Shown piece by piece: positions 55,354 through 64,000 of a stretch of 64,000 nt of DNA. A model generated the notes under the pieces. That model did not search any database and was not told where the DNA came from. It was given only the letters and a program-made list of their open reading frames with translations. Positions within the stretch are counted from its first letter, which is position 1; the number at the start of each line of letters is the position of its first letter. Made by a program: the position numbers and the translations under genes. Source of the DNA: Auanema rhodensis. Taxonomy: Eukaryota > Animalia > Nematoda. The DNA is taken from assembly GCA_964057225.1 (NCBI GenBank), contig OZ059900.1, forward strand, positions 3,224,001 through 3,288,000. Reading direction: 5' to 3'.

Positions 55354-58300
55354 TTTTTGATCAAAATGAATATATATCAGTGCAAGCTCATGAAAATAGA
55401 CTGATTTCGTGTATTGTATGTTTGATTCTCGAATCTTAACGAATATGATCAAATTTTACGAGTATTACAGATTTTGTACCAAAAATCGGTGAGTATATGG
55501 TGTTAAAGGCATAAAAACGACCATACTTAGTGTAGTAATGCTATTTGAGCGAAATTCAGTATTTAAACATCACTAGCGTTTAATTGATGACTTTTGTTAT
55601 CATAGACAATAAAACTTTGCTTTTGATCATATATATGAGCGATTTAGCCAAATTGGACTCAAAACTCGGAAATTTCAAAAATTCTTTCTATTTTCGACCT
55701 TTTTTGATCAAAATGAATATATATCAGTGCAAGCTCATAAAAATAGACTGATTTCGTGTATTGTATGTTTGATTCTCAAATCTTAACGAATATGATCAAA
55801 ATTTACGAGTATTACAGATTTTGTACCAAAAATCGGTGAGTATATGGTGTTAAAGGCATAAAAACGACCATACTTAGTGTAGTTATGCTATTTGAGCGAA
55901 ATTCAGTATTTAAACATCACTAGCGTTCAATTGATGACTTTTGTTGTTATAGACAATAAAACTATGCTTTTGATCATATATATGAGCGATTTAGCCAAAT
56001 TGGACTCAAAACTCGGACATTTCCAAAATTCTTACTATTTTCGACCTTTTTTGATCAAAATGAATATATATCAGTGCAAACTCATAAAAATAGACTGATT
56101 TTGTGTATTGTGTGTTTGATTCTCAAATCTTAACAAATATGATCAAAATTTACAAGTATTACAGATTTTGTACCAAAAATCGGTGAGTATATGGTGTTAA
56201 AGGCATAAAAACGACCATACTTAGTGTAGTAATGCTATTTGAGCGAAATTCAGTATTTGAACATCACTAGCGTTTAATTGATGACTTTTGTTGTTATAGA
56301 CAATAAAACTATGCTTTTGATCATATATATGAGCGATTTAGCCAAATTGGACTCAAAACTCGGACATTTCCAAAATTCTTTCTATTTTCAACCTTTTTTG
56401 ATCAAAATGAATATATATCAGTGCAAGCTCATAAAAATAGACTGATTTCGTGTATTGTATGTTTGATTCTCGAATCTTAACGAATATGATCAAAATTTAC
56501 GAGTATTACAGATTTTGTACCAAAAATCGGTGAGTATATGGTGTTAAAGGCATAAAAACGACCATACTTAGTGTAGTAATGCTATTTGAGCGAAATTCAG
56601 TATTTAAACATCACTAGCGTTTAATTGATGACTTTTGTTATCATAGACAATAAAACTTTGCTTCTGATCATATATATGAGCGATTTAGCCAAATTAGACT
56701 CAAAACTCGGAAATTTCAAAAATTCTTTCTATTTTCGACCTTTTTTGATCAAAATGAATATATATCAGTGCAAGCTCATGAAAATAGACTGATTTCGTGT
56801 ATTGTATGTTTGATTCTCGAATCTTAACGAATATGATCAAAATTTACGAGTATTACAGATTTTGTACCAAAAATCGGTGAGTATATGGTGTTAAAGGCAT
56901 AAAAACGACCATACTTAGTGTAGTAATGCTATTTGAGCGAAATTCAGTATTTAAACATCACTAGCGTTTAATTGATGACTTTTGTTGTTATAGACAATAA
57001 AACTATGCTTTTGATCATATATATGAGCGATTTAGCCAAATTGGACTCAAAACTCGGAAATTTCAAAAATTCTTTCTATTTTCGACCTTTTTTGATCAAA
57101 ATGAATATATATCAGTGCAAGCTCATAAAAATAGACTGATTTTGTGTATTGTGTGTTTGATTCTCAAATCTTAACGAATATGATCAAAATTTACGAGTAT
57201 TACAGATTTTGTACCAAAAATCGGGGAGTATATGGTGTTAAAGGCATAAAAACGACCATACTTAGTGTAGTAATGCTATTTGAGCGAAATTCAGTATTTA
57301 AACATCACTAGTGTTTAATTGATGACTTTTGTTGTTATAGACAATAAAACTATGCTTTTGATCATATATATGAGCGATTTAGCCAAATTGGACTCAAAAC
57401 TCGGACATTTCCAAAATTCTTTCTATTTTCGACCTTTTTTGATCAAAATGAATATATATCAGTGCAAGCTCATAAAAATAGACTGATTTCGTGTATTGTA
57501 TGTTTGATTCTCGAATCTTAACGAATATGATCAAAATTTACGAGTATTACAGATTTTGTACCAAAAATCGGTGAGTATATGGTGTTAAAGGCATAAAAAC
57601 GACCATACTTAGTGTAGTAATGCTATTTGAGCGAAATTCAGTATTTAAACATCACTAGCGTTTAATTGATGACTTTTGTTGTTATAGACAATAAAACTAT
57701 GCTTTTGATCATATATATGAGCGATTTAGCCAAATTGGACTCAAAACTCGGAAATTTCAAAAATTCTTTCTATTTTCGACCTTTTTTGATCAAAATGAAT
57801 ATATATCAGTGCAAGCTCATAAAAAGAGACTGATTTTGTGTATTGTGTGTTTGATTCTCAAATCTTAACGAATATGATCAAAATTTACGAGTATTACAGA
57901 TTTTGTACCAAAAATCGGGGAGTATATGGTGTTAAAGGCATAAAAACGACCATACTTAGTGTAGTAATGCTATTTGAGCGAAATTCAGTATTTAAACATC
58001 ACTAGTGTTTAATTGATGACTTTTGTTGTTATAGACAATAAAACTATGCTTTTGATCATATATATGAGCGATTTAGCCAAATTGGACTCAAAACTCGGAC
58101 ATTTCCAAAATTCTTTCTATTTTCGACCTTTTTTGATCAAAATGAATATATATCAGTGCAAGCTCATAAAAATAGACTGATTTCGTGTATTGTATGTTTG
58201 ATTCTCGAATCTTAACGAATATGATCAAAATTTACGAGTATTACAGATTTTGTACCAAAAATCGGTGAGTATATGGTGTTAAAGGCATAAAAACGACCAT

Positions 58301-61300
58301 ACTTAGTGTAGTAATGCTATTTGAGCGAAATTCAGTATTTAAACATCACTAGCGTTTAATTGATGACTTTTGTTATCATAGACAATAAAACTTTGCTTCT
58401 GATCATATATATGAGCGATTTAGCCAAATTAGACTCAAAACTCGGAAATTTCAAAAATTCTTTCTATTTTCGACCTTTTTTGATCAAAATGAATATATAT
58501 CAGTGCAAGCTCATAAAAATAGACTGATTTCGTGTATTGTATGTTTGATTCTCGAATCTTAACGAATATGATCAAAATTTACGAGTATTACAGATTTTGT
58601 ACCAAAAATCGGTGAGTATATGGTGTTAAAGGCATAAAAACGACCATACTTAGTGTAGTAATGCTATTTGAGCGAAATTCAGTATTTAAACATCACTAGC
58701 GTTTAATTGATGACTTTTGTTGTTATAGACAATAAAACTATGCTTTTGATCATATATATGAGCGATTTAGCCAAATTGGACTCAAAACTCGGAAATTTCA
58801 AAAATTCTTTCTATTTTCGACCTTTTTTGATCAAAATGAATATATATCAGTGCAAGCTCATAAAAATAGACTGATTTTGTGTATTGTGTGTTTGATTCTC
58901 AAATCTTAACGAATATGATCAAAATTTACGAGTATTACAGATTTTGTACCAAAAATCGGTGAGTATATGGTGTTAAAGGCATAAAAACGACCATACTTAG
59001 TGTAGTAATGCTATTTGAGCGAAATTTAGTGATTTAAACATCATTAGTGTTTAATTAATGACTTTTGTTGTCATAGACAATAAAACTATGCTTTTGATCA
59101 TATATATGAGCGATTTAGCCAAATTGGACTCAAAACTCGGACATTTCCAAAATTCTTACTATTTTCGACCTTTTTTGATCAAAATGAATATATATCAGTG
59201 CAAACTCATAAAAATAGACTGATTTTGTGTATTGTGTGTTTGATTCTCAAATCTTAACAAATATGATCAAAATTTACAAGTATTACAGATTTTGTACCAA
59301 AAATCGGTGAGTATATGGTGTTAAAGGCATAAAAACGACCATACTTAGTGTAGTAATGCTATTTGAGCGAAATTCAGTATTTGAACATCACTAGCGTTTA
59401 ATTGATGACTTTTGTTGTTATAGACAATAAAACTATGCTTTTGATCATATATATGAGCGATTTAGCCAAATTGGACTCAAAACTCGGACATTTCCAAAAT
59501 TCTTTCTATTTTCAACCTTTTTTGATCAAAATGAATATATATCAGTGCAAGCTCATAAAAATAGACTGATTTCGTGTATTGTATGTTTGATTCTCGAATC
59601 TTAACGAATATGATCAAAATTTACGAGTATTACAGATTTTGTACCAAAAATCGGTGAGTATATGGTGTTAAAGGCATAAAAACGACCATACTTAGTGTAG
59701 TAATGCTATTTGAGCGAAATTCAGTATTTAAACATCACTAGCGTTTAATTGATGACTTTTGTTATCATAGACAATAAAACTTTGCTTCTGATCATATATA
59801 TGAGCGATTTAGCCAAATTAGACTCAAAACTCGGAAATTTCAAAAATTCTTTCTATTTTCGACCTTTTTTGATCAAAATGAATATATATCAGTGCAAGCT
59901 CATGAAAATAGACTGATTTCGTGTATTGTATGTTTGATTCTCGAATCTTAACGAATATGATCAAAATTTACGAGTATTACAGATTTTGTACCAAAAATCG
60001 GTGAGTATATGGTGTTAAAGGCATAAAAACGACCATACTTAGTGTAGTAATGCTATTTGAGCGAAATTCAGTATTTAAACATCACTAGCGTTTAATTGAT
60101 GACTTTTGTTGTTATAGACAATAAAACTATGCTTTTGATCATATATATGAGCGATTTAGCCAAATTGGACTCAAAACTCGGAAATTTCAAAAATTCTTTC
60201 TATTTTCGACCTTTTTTGATCAAAATGAATATATATCAGTGCAAGCTCATAAAAATAGACTGATTTTGTGTATTGTGTGTTTGATTCTCAAATCTTAACG
60301 AATATGATCAAAATTTACGAGTATTACAGATTTTGTACCAAAAATCGGGGAGTATATGGTGTTAAAGGCATAAAAACGACCATACTTAGTGTAGTAATGC
60401 TATTTGAGCGAAATTCAGTATTTAAACATCACTAGTGTTTAATTGATGACTTTTGTTGTTATAGACAATAAAACTATGCTTTTGATCATATATATGAGCG
60501 ATTTAGCCAAATTGGACTCAAAACTCGGACATTTCCAAAATTCTTTCTATTTTCGACCTTTTTTGATCAAAATGAATATATATCAGTGCAAGCTCATAAA
60601 AATAGACTGATTTCGTGTATTGTATGTTTGATTCTCGAATCTTAACGAATATGATCAAAATTTACGAGTATTACAGATTTTGTACCAAAAATCGGTGAGT
60701 ATATGGTGTTAAAGGCATAAAAACGACCATACTTAGTGTAGTAATGCTATTTGAGCGAAATTCAGTATTTAAACATCACTAGCGTTTAATTGATGACTTT
60801 TGTTGTTATAGACAATAAAACTATGCTTTTGATCATATATATGAGCGATTTAGCCAAATTGGACTCAAAACTCGGAAATTTCAAAAATTCTTTCTATTTT
60901 CGACCTTTTTTGATCAAAATGAATATATATCAGTGCAAGCTCATAAAAATAGACTGATTTTGTGTATTGTGTGTTTGATTCTCAAATCTTAACGAATATG
61001 ATCAAAATTTACGAGTATTACAGATTTTGTACCAAAAATCGGGGAGTATATGGTGTTAAAGGCATAAAAACGACCATACTTAGTGTAGTAATGCTATTTG
61101 AGCGAAATTCAGTATTTAAACATCACTAGTGTTTAATTGATGACTTTTGTTGTTATAGACAATAAAACTATGCTTTTGATCATATATATGAGCGATTTAG
61201 CCAAATTGGACTCAAAACTCGGACATTTCCAAAATTCTTTCTATTTTCGACCTTTTTTGATCAAAATGAATATATATCAGTGCAAGCTCATAAAAATAGA

Positions 61301-64000
61301 CTGATTTCGTGTATTGTATGTTTGATTCTCGAATCTTAACGAATATGATCAAAATTTACGAGTATTACAGATTTTGTACCAAAAATCGGTGAGTATATGG
61401 TGTTAAAGGCATAAAAACGACCATACTTAGTGTAGTAATGCTATTTGAGCGAAATTCAGTATTTAAACATCACTAGCGTTTAATTGATGACTTTTGTTAT
61501 CATAGACAATAAAACTTTGCTTCTGATCATATATATGAGCGATTTAGCCAAATTAGACTCAAAACTCGGAAATTTCAAAAATTCTTTCTATTTTCGACCT
61601 TTTTTGATCAAAATGAATATATATCAGTGCAAGCTCATAAAAATAGACTGATTTCGTGTATTGTATGTTTGATTCTCGAATCTTAACGAATATGATCAAA
61701 ATTTACGAGTATTACAGATTTTGTACCAAAAATCGGTGAGTATATGGTGTTAAAGGCATAAAAACGACCATACTTAGTGTAGTAATGCTATTTGAGCGAA
61801 ATTCAGTATTTAAACATCACTAGCGTTTAATTGATGACTTTTGTTGTTATAGACAATAAAACTATGCTTTTGATCATATATATGAGCGATTTAGCCAAAT
61901 TGGACTCAAAACTCGGAAATTTCAAAAATTCTTTCTATTTTCGACCTTTTTTGATCAAAATGAATATATATCAGTGCAAGCTCATAAAAATAGACTGATT
62001 TTGTGTATTGTGTGTTTGATTCTCAAATCTTAACGAATATGATCAAAATTTACGAGTATTACAGATTTTGTACCAAAAATCGGTGAGTATATGGTGTTAA
62101 AGGCATAAAAACGACCATACTTAGTGTAGTAATGCTATTTGAGCGAAATTTAGTGATTTAAACATCATTAGTGTTTAATTAATGACTTTTGTTGTCATAG
62201 ACAATAAAACTATGCTTTTGATCATATATATGAGCGATTTAGCCAAATTGGACTCAAAACTCGGACATTTCCAAAATTCTTACTATTTTCGACCTTTTTT
62301 GATCAAAATGAATATATATCAGTGCAAACTCATAAAAATAGACTGATTTTGTGTATTGTGTGTTTGATTCTCAAATCTTAACAAATATGATCAAAATTTA
62401 CAAGTATTACAGATTTTGTACCAAAAATCGGTGAGTATATGGTGTTAAAGGCATAAAAACGACCATACTTAGTGTAGTAATGCTATTTGAGCGAAATTCA
62501 GTATTTGAACATCACTAGCGTTTAATTGATGACTTTTGTTGTTATAGACAATAAAACTATGCTTTTGATCATATATATGAGCGATTTAGCCAAATTGGAC
62601 TCAAAACTCGGACATTTCCAAAATTCTTTCTATTTTCAACCTTTTTTGATCAAAATGAATATATATCAGTGCAAGCTCATAAAAATAGACTGATTTCGTG
62701 TATTGTATGTTTGATTCTCGAATCTTAACGAATATGATCAAAATTTACGAGTATTACAGATTTTGTACCAAAAATCGGTGAGTATATGGTGTTAAAGGCA
62801 TAAAAACGACCATACTTAGTGTAGTAATGCTATTTGAGCGAAATTCAGTATTTAAACATCACTAGCGTTTAATTGATGACTTTTGTTATCATAGACAATA
62901 AAACTTTGCTTCTGATCATATATATGAGCGATTTAGCCAAATTAGACTCAAAACTCGGAAATTTCAAAAATTCTTTCTATTTTCGACCTTTTTTGATCAA
63001 AATGAATATATATCAGTGCAAGCTCATGAAAATAGACTGATTTCGTGTATTGTATGTTTGATTCTCGAATCTTAACGAATATGATCAAAATTTACGAGTA
63101 TTACAGATTTTGTACCAAAAATCGGTGAGTATATGGTGTTAAAGGCATAAAAACGACCATACTTAGTGTAGTAATGCTATTTGAGCGAAATTCAGTATTT
63201 AAACATCACTAGCGTTTAATTGATGACTTTTGTTGTTATAGACAATAAAACTATGCTTTTGATCATATATATGAGCGATTTAGCCAAATTGGACTCAAAA
63301 CTCGGAAATTTCAAAAATTCTTTCTATTTTCGACCTTTTTTGATCAAAATGAATATATATCAGTGCAAGCTCATAAAAATAGACTGATTTTGTGTATTGT
63401 GTGTTTGATTCTCAAATCTTAACGAATATGATCAAAATTTACGAGTATTACAGATTTTGTACCAAAAATCGGGGAGTATATGGTGTTAAAGGCATAAAAA
63501 CGACCATACTTAGTGTAGTAATGCTATTTGAGCGAAATTCAGTATTTAAACATCACTAGTGTTTAATTGATGACTTTTGTTGTTATAGACAATAAAACTA
63601 TGCTTTTGATCATATATATGAGCGATTTAGCCAAATTGGACTCAAAACTCGGACATTTCCAAAATTCTTTCTATTTTCGACCTTTTTTGATCAAAATGAA
63701 TATATATCAGTGCAAGCTCATAAAAATAGACTGATTTCGTGTATTGTATGTTTGATTCTCGAATCTTAACGAATATGATCAAAATTTACGAGTATTACAG
63801 ATTTTGTACCAAAAATCGGTGAGTATATGGTGTTAAAGGCATAAAAACGACCATACTTAGTGTAGTAATGCTATTTGAGCGAAATTCAGTATTTAAACAT
63901 CACTAGCGTTTAATTGATGACTTTTGTTGTTATAGACAATAAAACTATGCTTTTGATCATATATATGAGCGATTTAGCCAAATTGGACTCAAAACTCGGA
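55348..64000 (-). repeat. Same 347/348 bp satellite in inverted orientation, about 25 monomers
   Basis: From 55348 the sequence reads CGACCTTTTTTGATCAAAATGAATATATATCAGTGC, the reverse complement of the monomer read from position 334 backwards. The period of 347 continues to the window end. Confidence 0.98.
55950..64000 (-). repeat. 9-monomer higher-order repeat (3124 bp), about 2.6 copies
   Basis: The private variant CTTACTATTT starts at 56031, 59155 and 62279, giving 3124 = 9x347+1. There is one 348 bp monomer per period (about 59030 and 62150). Confidence 0.93.

Noticed and set aside
55237-55500. Fold-back read chimera or assembly artefact
   Set aside because: The two arms differ at many mirrored SNPs and the inverted arm has its own HOR. 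Read-level confirmation is still needed.
15189-56098. Seven 61-68 aa ORFs (MMTFVVIDNK...)
   Set aside because: All are the same ~55-codon open frame present in most monomers. They cross the length threshold only when a SNP or deletion removes a stop. There is no recognisable domain. Several common SNPs are synonymous, but about as many change residues and GGTCAAAA creates a stop, so I see no evidence of coding constraint.
1-64000. CRISPR array or repeat-spacer system
   Set aside because: There are no unique spacers. The entire 347 bp repeats, and no cas genes are present.

Overview
The whole 64 kb window is one highly homogeneous, AT-rich tandem satellite array with a 347 bp monomer and a 348 bp subtype. 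GC is about 28%, counted by hand in monomer 1. There are about 160 monomers in one orientation (1-55328) and about 25 in the opposite orientation (55348-64000). I found no genes, RNA genes, transposons or CRISPR arrays, and the ORF-track hits are by-products of the monomer. The array looks like eukaryotic centromeric or pericentromeric satellite, but I cannot name the family or organism from sequence alone. The informative signal is structural. An inversion junction at about 55.33 kb carries a tandem 19 bp copy of the chimeric joint, which resembles a Pol theta-type scar. Local higher-order repeats of 2, 3, 4, 5/6, 7, 8 and 9 monomers are marked by private SNPs. There are three out-of-register repair scars (-66, -187 and +5 bp), two monomer subtypes with recombinants, a nearly invariant ~90 bp core, and a degenerate YGMTCA motif recurring within the monomer. 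Offsets were counted by eye and block boundaries are approximate. I do not see a new gene system here.
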